DNA of 64,000 nucleotides from Callorhinchus milii. Its lineage: Eukaryota. Shown here piece by piece: positions 26,940-38,290 of this stretch (the first letter of the stretch is position 1; the number at the start of each line of letters is the position of its first letter). Both the position numbers and the translations under genes were made by a program. Below the pieces are notes generated by a model. That model saw nothing but the letters and a program-made list of their open reading frames with translations, ran no database searches and was not told the DNA's origin. Where the stretch lies: contig NW_024704742.1 of the NCBI RefSeq assembly GCF_018977255.1, positions 62,188,001 through 62,252,000 of the forward strand, written 5' to 3'.

Positions 26940-28210
26940 ACAACAACATTACATTTATAAAGCGCCTTTCACATCGGGAGGACGTCCCAAAGCGTTGTAC
27001 AGTCAGGTGCCGGGGCCTGAGCATGGGAGAGAGGTGGTGTAGGGGTGAGGGAAGGCAGAGATGTGGAAGGGCGACCAAAGGCACGATCAAAGAGAAGGGT
27101 CTTGAGACCGGCCTTGAAGGATGCGAGGGAGGAAGTGAGGTGAAGGGACTGTCGGATGGAGTTCCAGAGTGCGGGGGCAGAGCGGCTGAAAGCCCGGCCA
27201 CTGATGGTAGGGCGGGAGACAGGGAGCAGGCCAGAGCCCTCTGAATGGAGGGAGCGGGCAGGTTGGTTAGGAGTCAGCAGGTCAGAGAGGTAGGAGGGGG
27301 CAAGGCCATGGATGGCCTTAAAGGTGAGGACGAGGATCTTGAACTCAATCCTCTGGGGGATGGGGAGCCAGTCGAGACGGGAGAGTGGGAGTGATGGGGT
27401 CGCAGAGCCTGGTTCGTAATCGTTTTGGATGATCTGCAGCTTGTGAAGAGTTGGGAAGGCCGATGAGGGAATTTCCATAATCGAGCCTTGATGTGACGAA
27501 TGCGTGGGTAAGGATTTTGGCAGCCTGAGGGGTGAGGCAGTGGCGGAGTCTGGCAATGTTGCAGAGGTGGGGTAGGCAGTGCCAGTCTGGCACGGATGTG
27601 GGGGAGAAAGGACAGTCAGGGTTCAACAAGATACCCAGGTTCCTGACTGGGTTAGTGAGGTTGAGTGTGCAGCCATGGAGACTGATACTGCCAGCCCCTG
27701 AAGTGCGGAGGCCATGGCACGAGCCAATCAGGAGAGCCTTGGTCTTGCTAACGTTGAGTTGGAGAAAGTTGGCCCTCGATGACGGACAGGCAATTGGTCA
27801 GGACCTCAGTAGTCCTGGAGTTAAGGGTGGAGGCAGTGTGGTAGAGTTGGGTGTCATCCGCATACATATGGAAATTTACCCCATGTCTGCAGATGATGTC
27901 ACCAAGGGGGAGCATGTAGAGAGTGAAGAGGAGGGGATCGAGGACAGAGCCCTGAGGAACACTACACAAGACGGTGTGTGGGCTGGAGGAGAAGCTGTTT
28001 GCCGTGACGAAGTGGAGGTGGTGTGAAAGGTAGGACCTGAACCAGTCAAGGACAGAACTTTGAAGGTCAAGGTGGGAGGAGAGGCAGTGGAGGAGGATTG
28101 AGTGGTCCACAGTGTCAAAAAGGCAGCGGAGAGGTAGAGGGGTACAAGGAGGGATCCTGGTCACACATGGTCAGGATGTCGTTTGTGACCTTGACCAGAG
28201 CAGTTTCCGA
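26940..28210 (-). mobile_element. L2 LINE 3' fragment
   Basis: [26 protein letters not shown] and WLPIPQRIEFKIL motifs; TTG tail at 26940. Confidence 0.9.
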
Positions 28211-28716
28211 CTTGATTTGTTTAATAAATAACCCAGAATTACCCTAATCTCTATTTGGTACAGTAATTATTCAGGGTTTGGGCTAAGAGGCTGTCAAATG
28301 CCCCAACTAATGTAGCTTCTAACCACTTGCTGATTTATTCCTATATTTTCCCTTCTCACTCTGAAACTGCAGAGATTTTAAAGCAAAAATTGCCATTTTA
28401 AAGCAAAAAAGACCTAGCATGATTAAGTAAGATGAACAAATGCAGACTGATGTTCCTCAGAAACAAGGATCGTGGCATGAGCATTCATAGTTACAAGTCA
28501 GTAGTCGCGAGCACTGAATGTAGTAGAACCCTAAATCGCACCTTGCAAACTAAAATATTGCTGTGACAGATCAAATTACAAGGCCATTTTGTTTAACGCT
28601 CAATTTTGAAATGGTGTTGGCTGATTTATGAGGCTGTGCAGTTTCCAGACAGGAGTAAATAAGATTGTTTCAGACCTAGAGGCTGACGTATTTGGGGCAG
28701 ATCATTTCCTGGATCA

Positions 28717-28935
28717 AAAACAGAGAGCTGGGAAAACTCAGCAGGTCAGGCAGCATCTATGGAGAAAGGAAAGTGAGTCAACATTTTGGGCCCAGAACAT
28801 TGATGATGGGTCGTGGACCCGAAACGTTGACTTACTTTCCTTTCTCCATAGATGCTGCCTGACCTGCTGAGTGTTCCCAGCTCTGTCCGTTTTTATTTCA
28901 AATTTCCAGCATCTGCAGTATTGTGTTTTGTTCAT
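28717..28935. mobile_element. Inverted pair of Penelope terminal-repeat fragments forming a hairpin
   Basis: Arms ~28721-28794 and ~28814-28886 are reverse-complementary and homologous to 25727-25810. Confidence 0.8.
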
Positions 28936-31900
28936 TTCCTGGATTGCATGTTAATGAAGCATTAGAATACCTTCTCATCACCGTGGCACACAACAGTGTT
29001 CTTGTCCACACCGGATTGCATGTTAATGAAGCATTAGAATACCTTCTGTGTTCTTGTCCACACAGAAAATGAACGTCAACCACCAGCTATTTAAACCCTT
29101 TAACTATTAAAGACATACAACTGATGCACCAGCTGTGCAATTGAAAGCCACCAGGAGAGAGATTAAAAATTAATCAGTTTCTCAAGTGTCCCTCAGATTT
29201 TGTCTTTCCCTAAAACAAACTCCATAAGGGAGCATTGCAGGGGTTAAAGGGAAAGGAGAAAATGAAAAATAAAAGGAAAATTAGTTGAAGCTACCACAAA
29301 TACACCTGTCGGATCTCCCTCCTCCCCACATACAAAGCCAGCACTCCTCTCTCCCCCACAATGACAATTTTCTTACTCCCCTACAGTGACAATCAACCCC
29401 TCCCAAACAGTACCAGGTCCCCGCCAGTCTCTGCTCTCACTTCTCACTCCCTGCCACTCCTGTCACACAGGGCCGCTTTCTCAGGCATATGCATTTTCCC
29501 TCTTATTGGTCTCCCATACAGCTCGTCTTTCCTCCCCTACAAAATTCTATCTCTTCACTTCAACCTCGCCCTCCTATAGTTACAACCCTCTTTCTTTCTC
29601 TCTCTCTCTCTCCCTCCTCTTTCCACGACTGTGTTCCACCCTACCTCTTGTGAAATTTGCAAAAGAGTTAGACAGGTGACTTTTTTTTCATGTGACCAGA
29701 AAGGAAGCAGATTGCAATGGTGATGCATGGCCTTGCCAGGCAGGTGACAGCAATTGCTAGTTATGATTGAGATGAACCAGATCTCAATCTTTGCATCATT
29801 TTGGAATATAGTGCCTTATCACGTCATTGTGTGCAATTGACTGCCGCATTTCACCCACAAAATGTAGTCAATTCACTTTACAGTATATTCTGTGATGCAC
29901 TTTGAGACATCTCAAAGATGTGATAAGGCACTATATCAAATGCAAGTATTATTATTAAAACATCTCAAAGTGCTTCACAGGATTTACTCTAAAGTGGAGT
30001 GACTGTTTTGTGGGTGCAAGCCAGTTGCACACAGCAATGTCCTACAAACAGCCATGGAGTGAATGACCAATTTTATTTGAGGGATTGGTGGCCAGGACAC
30101 CAGGAGAGAGAAACTCCCTTGTTTTTGAATAGTAGCCATAGGATCTTTGATGTCCATCTGAACAGGCAGACAGGACCTCGGTTTAACCTCGGTCTAAGGA
30201 CAGATCTTTTCTGTTAAGACTCTTCCAGCATTATCCTTTCACATCACTAGCCATATGACATCACAGCAAAACCTGGTAACCATTATCTGGTCAGGGCAAC
30301 TGGTGGCAGGAATACAACACATCAGCTGCAACAAAATTAGAGGAAAAAATAGTTTTGGAAAAAAGTCAGGCATTACTTCACTTTCCATTAGTATTGGAAC
30401 CCACATATCTCTTGAGATACAGGCAGTTGACTTAAACATTAATAATGCTGTCAAGGATTGGGAGGCAATTTGTTATTCTGTCGCCAAAATCTCCATTTGT
30501 GTCAGATGGCATCCTGAGACTCATGATCAATGCTGGAGGAGTTATGATGTTGGTTTACTCTGGTCACATTGATTTACTAACATAATGGAAGTTTCTGGTT
30601 TTCCTACAATTTCGCGCACTCTTTTTCTTTTCCCCTTCCCTCTACCCAAAAATAGTGTGTGCGTGGTGGGGTGGTAAAGAGTTCATGCACATAACACTGG
30701 CAGCCCCACAGTAATTAATCCAAGAGTTACTCATTCTTCCTGCACAGCAGGCTATTTTGCCAAGCTGATCTGCCACCAGACATCCACACAAGCCTATTTT
30801 ATAACAGGAATCAACGAGAAACAGCTAGAAGTTAGTCAACATTCTCTCACCCTGGCCAAGCAATATAGAGACTGACTTGACGGCCAAAACACTGTCTGGA
30901 TGACACCAGTGAACATAACGTGGATCAGGGATTAAGCCTGACACCTTCCCAATCTGTGTGCTGAGTACCACATGTTCAGCACTAAGCCAACAGGCCTTTA
31001 AGAAATTAGTTTAATTTCTTACTCCTTTATTGAGCAGTTCCTCTGGATTTAATTAAATACCCACCTAAATTTCTCCGATGCAGACAAAATAATCCTGAAG
31101 GATTTAAATATACCAACATGCATCCTATATTGAATAAACATTGAACCAGACTTCATTTCCAAACACTGACAAAAAGCTCCATATCTCAAGCCTAGAAATA
31201 GAGCATAATTGTGTTTTTTTAAAAAAATAGGAAAATGGAAAATTTGTGCACATTTGTTTAATACAAAATTGACAACAAGCAATGCTCTAAAGCATGGATG
31301 GCCAGTTTGCGCTCATGCGACTATTCTACATATGTGTAATGCGTCCTGCAAGTTAGCATCCCTGCTCTAAAGTAACCCACAAATTCAAGTTAACACATCT
31401 ACATGTTCTGCAACTATGACTCACCCACCTTCTCTCTTTGTAATTGACACATGTACAATAATTACAAATCCTGACAGTGCAATTATACAGTTTGTGTATA
31501 TTTCTTTGCATGTTAACACTGTAACAGGTGTGGAAATCCGGTGCACTAAAGCTGAATGCAACTTTAAATTGACCATAGCATCAAGGACAAAAAATTTATC
31601 TTACCTCTAACTACAATAAATGTTTTACAATGTGGCAAGCTGAATAGATTTATAAGCATCAACAAAATCTGTGATTTGTCCCCTTCCACCATCACTTCCC
31701 CCAACTGAATGTTCTGCTTATGAATTCCCAATACAGTTAAGTAGAAAGACAAAGAATTGGATAAAAATGTTTTGGTGGGATTAGATGTGAAACCTCCTGA
31801 TCTCGGTGAGTGAGGTTCTGAATCAATCCACGCTGCTGTGCAAAGGCACCAAGTGAAGAGAGGCAGCTCTCCTCGATCAGGAAATCTCTACCAAGGCCTT

Positions 31901-32257
31901 TCCTGGTATTCTGCTAAAAGTGGCATTGCTCATAAAAATATTTTTTCCTCCCACCCCACCCAGTTATTTTTACTCAATAAACCCACCTCAAAATTGCACT
32001 CTCTCTTACCATGACTGGAGCCAAACAAACCAAGTTAATTAAACGTGGGAATTCTAATTTCTGTGACTCGTTTTTCGACACTGTTCAATTCCACACATCA
32101 AAATCCCCACAGGCTGCAAACCGAGTACATTCTGAAATTGGGTACGCCAATTCCTGTGGATTCTTGAGAATAAAATCTTTTAAAAGTGGAACCAATTCTC
32201 GTCACTGCATGATCATGTGATCAACTTCCTTTCTTAAAAAATTCTTCAGTGTCGGTC

Positions 32258-32380
32258 TCAGTGAATGCTGCTATCAGGTTTCTGGTCGTGCCTAATTTTG
32301 TCGTTCTTCACTGTGTAGATAAAATAGGCAAGAGTTTCCTTTTCATTCACAGGAATGGTCCTAAAATGACGACTGATTGT
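32258..32380 (-). CDS. SAP30: SAP30 exon 4 (terminal)
   Basis: TTTCAG|TISRHFRTIPVNEKETLAYFIYTVKNDKIRHDQKPDSSIH*. Total 177 aa. Candidate minus-strand polyA signal (TTTATT on +) at 31026-31031. Confidence 0.95.
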   Translation of the reverse strand, partial: TISRHFRTIPVNEKETLAYFIYTVKNDKIRHDQKPDSSIH

Positions 32381-33342
32381 CTGAAATAAGAGACATTTAA
32401 ACATTATAGGACATTTTGATTTCAGGGCATGGTCACAGTCACTAATATTGCTAAACTCAATACCAGGTTACACAGCCTTAGCACAAGTGCTCAACAAGAT
32501 TGAGGGGGCATTGGAATCCTTGGATGTTGAGCCGAGTTGAGTAAGTTTGGAAATTCTGAATCCAGTCCCCGTAAGGACACGTTTACAGAAAGAAGCTTCC
32601 CTAAATGATGACAAGAGTTTGAGTGGGATAGAAAATATAAGAGATGGAAACCCCCTGCGATGAAAATAAATGTAATCAGCCCAAGATAGTGAAAGTTCTG
32701 AAGTGGAATGGATTGCCATATCTGAGCTTGTTGGGGTCATAAATAATTTGTTTACGCACATAAACAAGTGCCGTTTGATTCACAACTCACATTAAGACCC
32801 TGGTCAGCAAAACATTCCCTAAACTGGAACGACAGAGTGACCCCATTATAAGACGCCTTGACTGTTAAGTGTGGCTCCCCTGTGTAATGGGATGCATTGT
32901 GGACCTGTGCTATACCTGAAGTATGGTACACCAGCTTTCGGCTGACTAGCTGGCTTTCTGCACTAAAATAAATATCCACCTTCCAGGTCATCGGGTCTCC
33001 AGACATCACTTCCAAGACAAGCAAGCACCACTGACATTGCTTCATGTCACACACTATGTATTTGGAATGTGCAGCAAGCGACTCAGTGGCAATCTGACGA
33101 TCAGAGCATTTTTTTTTGCACAGTTTTAGGACAGGGGTCTGAGCTTGTGGCCCTGAGTGCGCAGGAATCAGAGATTTTGGTTCCAGTACAGGACCCCCAG
33201 TATCTTATATTTACCAGTGTTCGATAGGATTCAACATAAGCATTTACAACACAAATGGCTGCTTTAGAATTACCACTCAAGAGCCTCCACAGGTCAAGAA
33301 CTAGATATATTCGTAAAGAAACATCTATGATGTATAACATAC

Positions 33343-33441
33343 CTCAGCCAGCTGAGCTTTGTTTAGTCCAGGTCTGGTTTGCAGTTTGAAGTGTCTCTTG
33401 TAGCGCCTCAGTGTATTTACTTGCAATTGAAACAAATCAAC
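33343..33441 (-). CDS. SAP30: SAP30 exon 3
   Basis: [46 protein letters not shown]; 99 nt; Sin3-interaction domain. Confidence 0.95.
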
Positions 33442-33581
33442 CTTAAAAATAAAAACATGTGTGAAGGTGAGCAAATATGTGGCAAATCAAGTTCCAGAAC
33501 ATTTAAAGGAGAACAAAACAAAATCAAGAATGCAGCAATATACACGAAGGGAAGTGTAGTATTTCAACATGTAGCATTCAT

Positions 33582-35893
33582 GGAGTCCTGTAGCTCAGTG
33601 GTTAGAACACTCGCCTTCCAACCGAGACACCTGGGTTCAATTCCCGGCAGGGCGAAACCTTGGGCAAGTTTCCTTACAACAACAAGATTCCATTTATAGA
33701 GCGCCTTTCACGTCGGGAGGACGTCCCAAGGCGCTGTACAGTTGGGTCAGGACCCGAGCAGGGGGAAATGGTCAGGGTGAGGGGAGGGAAGGGAGGGAGG
33801 GAGCGAGGAGGGGGTAGAGAGTCGAGAGGGGAGCTGAAGGCACGGTCAAAGAGAAAGGTCTTGAGACCGGCCTTGAAGGAGGAAAGGGAGGAAGCGGCGA
33901 AGGCACTGGGGGATAGAGTTCCAGAGCCTCGGGGCTGAGAGGCTGAAGGCCCGACCACCGATGGTAGGGCGGTTGGGGCGGGGGATGTGGAGCAGACCGG
34001 AGCCAGAGGAACGGAGGGTACGGGCAGGTAGGTAGGGGGATAGTAGGTCGGAGAGGTAGGAGGGAGCGAGGCCGTGAATGGCCTTGTAGGTGAGGATGAG
34101 GATCTTGAATTCGATCCTCTGGGGGATGGGGAGCCAGTGGAGGCGAGCGAGGGTGGGAGTGATGTGGTCCTGGTGCGGGACAGTACACGAGCTGCAGAGT
34201 TCTGAATGACCTGCAGTGTGGAGGGAGGTGCCGGGAAGGCCGGCGAGGAGAGAGTTCCCATAGTCCAGCCTTGAGGTGATAAAGGCGTGGACCAGAGTTT
34301 CAGCAGCGTGAGGGGTGAGGTAGTGCCATAGTCTGGCGATGTTCCGGAGGTGATGGAAGGCGGTGCCAGTTGTGGAAGAAAGGACAGCTCAGGGTCGAAC
34401 AGAACACCGAGGTTCCTGACTGGCTTTGAGAGGTGGAGAGTGCAGCCTTGGATGCTGATGGTGTCAGCGCCTGAGGTGCGGAGGCGCTGACGTGAGCCAA
34501 TCAGGAGGGCCTCAGTTTTGCGCACGTTGAGCTGAAGAAAGTTGTCTCTCGTCCAGGACTCGATGTCGGACAGGCAGCTGTCAGGACATCGGTGGTCGTG
34601 GAGTTGAGGGTAGAGGAGGAAAGGTAGAGTTGGGTGTCATCCGCATACATGTGGAAGTTAACCCCATGTCTGCGGATGATGTCACCAAGGGGGAGCATAT
34701 AGAGGGTGAAGAGGAGGGGACCGAGGACAGAGCCCTGAGGGACACCGCACGAGACAGTGCGGGGGCCGGAGGAAAAACCATTTGTGGAGACAAAGTGAAG
34801 ACGGTGGGAAAGGTACGACCTAAACCACTCAAGGACAGGGCCTTGAAGGTTGAGGTGGGAGGACAAGCGGTGGAGGAGGATAGCGTGGTCGACCGTATCG
34901 AATGCTGCCGATAGGTCGAGGAGGACGAGGAGGCAGAGGGAGCCCTGGTCACAGATGGTCAGGATGTCATTGGTGACCTTGACCAGGGCAGTTTCTGTGC
35001 TATGGGCAGCACGGAAGCCCGACTGAAGGGGTTCGAGTAATGAATGGGTGGAGAGGAAAGAGCGTAGCTGGGAGGCGACAACTCTTTCAAGGACCTTGGA
35101 CAGGAAGGGGAGGTTGGAGATGGGCCGGTAGCTTGATAGCTGCGACGCATCAAGGGAGGGTTTTTTCAAAGTGGGAGTGATGGTGGAAGTTTTTCGGAAA
35201 TGGGAACAGAGCCAGAGGAGAGGGACAGGTTGATGATGTCTGTGATATGTGGGGCAAGGAGGCGGAGCTGAGAGATAAGGAGTGGAGTGGGGATGGGGTC
35301 AAGGGAGCAGGTGGTGGGTTTCAGGGATAGGATGAGTTTGGTGACAGAGGGTGGGGAAACGGGTACGAACGTGTGTAGGGGAGGATGGGTAGGAGTCGGA
35401 GTGTGGGAGGGATGGGGTGGGGGGTGGGTGGAAGTTGGAGGGAGTGACCGCGGAGCAGATTCCCTTGATTTTGGATTCAAGGAAATCCAGCATCTCCTCG
35501 CAGTGAAGGTTGGACGAGATGACCTGCGCGGGGTGGCGGGGGTACGGAGGAGTCGGGTTGTGGTAGAAAACAGAAGCCTGGGGCTGTTCTTCGCCTCCAG
35601 GATTATCCTGGAGTAGAAGGACGACTTGGCCGAGGCTAGAGTGGAGTGGTAGATTTTGAGGAGATCAAGCCACACGCCCAATAATAATCCCTCCAAAAAA
35701 ATAAAACCAGTAATAAATTGGTCATTTTCAATCCACGACTGTTTGTGGGACATTGCTGTGCGCAATTGGCTGTCGCGTTTCGCTCACAAATATGGTCAAT
35801 TCACTTTACAGTATATTCTGTGAAGCGCTTTGAGACGTCGAGAAGATGTGAAGAGCGCTATATCAAATGCAAGGATTATTATTATATTATTAT
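33582..35893 (+). mobile_element. tRNA-derived SINE split by the L2 insertion (33582-33677 and 35670-35893)
   Basis: Head ends ...GTTTCCTTAC; body resumes CCACACGCC... after the LINE. Confidence 0.88.
33678..35669 (-). mobile_element. 5'-truncated L2-clade LINE with frameshifted reverse-transcriptase ORF, in SAP30 intron 2
   Basis: RT motifs [53 protein letters not shown] and YADDTQLY spread over three ORF frames; 3' end ...ATAAATGGAATCTTGTTGTT. Confidence 0.93.
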
Positions 35894-36399
35894 AACATTG
35901 ATTGGGAACAATTTTCTCTGTAAAATAAAGTGAAACTATGTGCAGCAGAGCACAAACTATCCGAACCTACTGTCCTGCTCAAATCAGAAACATTGCACCT
36001 TTCTCTGAACAAAGTTTTACCATATTAGAATATTTGCAGCACAAGAGGGCAATAACAACTTGCATTTATATTGCCCCCTTCACATAGGGCAATGCTTGAG
36101 AGCTATATAGGGATGGAGTTGGACCCAGAGAAGGGGTGTGTGGGGAAAGGGGAGAGAAGAGAGGAAGGTGGCCAAAAGTGCAATCAAACAGGTAGGTTTT
36201 GAGACAGGACTTAACCAGAAAGAGGCGAGAGAGTGGTAGAGAGCTCCAGATGTTAGAGGTGTAGAACTGAGGCCTCAAACACTGATCGTGGCACAGAGAA
36301 AGCTTGGGATGCGCAGCAAGCCCCAGTTAACTGATCGGAGAGGAAGGTTGGAAGAGTAAGGTGGGAGGAGATTGGAGAGATAAGATGACAGGAGGTACA

Positions 36400-38290
36400 A
36401 ACAGATTTGTCGACGTAAACACCAACATCCTCTCCCTCACCGAAACCTGGGTCACCCCAGCTGAGACTTTTCCCCTGATCGAGACACAGGCTCAAATCTA
36501 ACTTATCAGGCCATCGGCAGATCTGGCTGGACCTTATCAAAACATATTGCACCAACCTCACCTCCGCTAAATCGTTCTTCTATTCCAAGACAATCTTGGA
36601 AGCCAAGGACAACCCCAGGCTCCTCCTCTTCATTACCAACCGGCTCCTCCACTCACCCTCTCACTCCTCGTTCCCACTCTCCTCCAATGCCAACTGCGAA
36701 GAGATGCTATCTTCCTTCAAAACCACTCAGTTGTCTCTACCCTTCCGATTACTAACCCCTCCTCATCTCCACCTCCCACCCAGGCCCCTACCCATCCCTC
36801 CCTCCACACCTGCGAACCTGTCCCAACTGCTCCCTCGACCCCATCCCTACCCTTCACCTCATCTCCCAGCTTCACCTCCTTTCCCTCTACTCACAGACAT
36901 CATAAACCTCTCCCTGTCCACTGGCACCATTCCCATCCATTTAAAAATGTCCATCATCACTTCTTTCCTTTTAAAAAAAACCCTCCCTGGACCCATCCCT
37001 GCTCTCAAACTACTACCCCATCTCCAACCTCCATTTCCTTTCCAAAGTCCTGGAACAAGTTGTTGCTTCCTAGCTTCGCTCCTTCCTCTCCCTCCACGAA
37101 CCTCTCCAATCAAGTTTCTGTGCCGCCCACAGCACACAAACAGCTTTGGTCAAAGTAACAAATGACATTTCGTCCATCTGAGACCAGGGCTCCCTCTGCC
37201 TCCTCGACCTCTCTGCTGCCTTCGATACAGTTGACCACTCCATCCTCCTCCACCGCCTCACCTCTCACTTCAACCTTCGTGCAGGGTTTCTCAGGGCTCT
37301 ATCCTTGGTCCCCTCCTCTTCAATATTGATATGTTCCTTCCTGGTGACATCATCCACAGATATGGAGTCAACTTCCACATGAATGAGGATGCCACCCAAC
37401 TCTATCTCTCTGCCTCCAGGACCACTGCTATCCTGACAGAATGTCTGTCAGACATCAAGTCCTGGATGAGAGCTAACTTTCTACAGATGAACGTCAACAA
37501 GACCGAGGCCCTTCTGATTGGCTCCCGTCAGCGCCTCCACATCTCAGGCACTGACAGCATCACCATCCAAGGATGTACACTCCACCTTACAAAGCCAGTC
37601 CAGAACTTTAGCATCTCAACTGTCCTTTCTACCCCACATCCGTGCCATGATCTGCTCTGCCTTCCCCCACCTCCGAAATATTGCCCAGCTCCACCATTAG
37701 ACACGCATTCATACCCAGGTTCGACAATCAAACCCCCTTCTTATTGGCCTCCCCAACTGCTCCCTTCATAGCCTACAGATCATCCAGAACTCTGCAGCCC
37801 GTGTCCTCTCCCGCACCAGGCTCTACAATCCTATCACCCTCATCCTTGCCCAACCCCACTGGCTGCCGATCACACGGAGGATACAGTTCAAGATCCTGCT
37901 CCTCAATTTCAAAGTCCTCCATGGCCTTGCTCCCTCTGCAACCTCCTAACCCCCTACCAACCTGCCTGCTCCCTCCGCTCAGTGGGCTCTAGCCTGCTTC
38001 ACATCCCCTGCCTTGCCCGTCTCACCATTGGCAGGCAGGTCTTCAGTCACTCTGCCCCCACCCTCTGAAACTCCACCCCGCAGTCCCTCCGCCTTGCCCG
38101 TCCAGAGGCTCCTTCAAGATCTGTATCAAGACCCTCCTCTTCAACCTTGGCTTCGGTCACCCTCCTTTCCCCTCACCCTACCCCACCCTGATCCCAACCC
38201 CCAGCTTGGTCTGAAACACTGATTGTCCAGCGCCTTGGGACATCCTCCCAACGTGAAAGGCACCATACAAATGTAATATTGTTGTTGTTG
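36400..38290 (+). mobile_element. Older, degraded L2 LINE
   Basis: Homologous to the 33678-35669 copy in opposite orientation (CTCGACCTCTCTGCTGCCTTCGATACAGTTGACCAC = [12 protein letters not shown]); ends in GTTGTTGTTG. Confidence 0.85.

Noticed and set aside
32468..33340. Three consecutive 79-100 aa minus-strand ORFs in SAP30 intron 3
   Set aside because: No recognisable domain or splice support, and the lengths are compatible with chance.
34501..35169. Functional reverse transcriptase gene or retron-like system
   Set aside because: It is a 5'-truncated, frameshifted L2 ORF2 without the endonuclease region.
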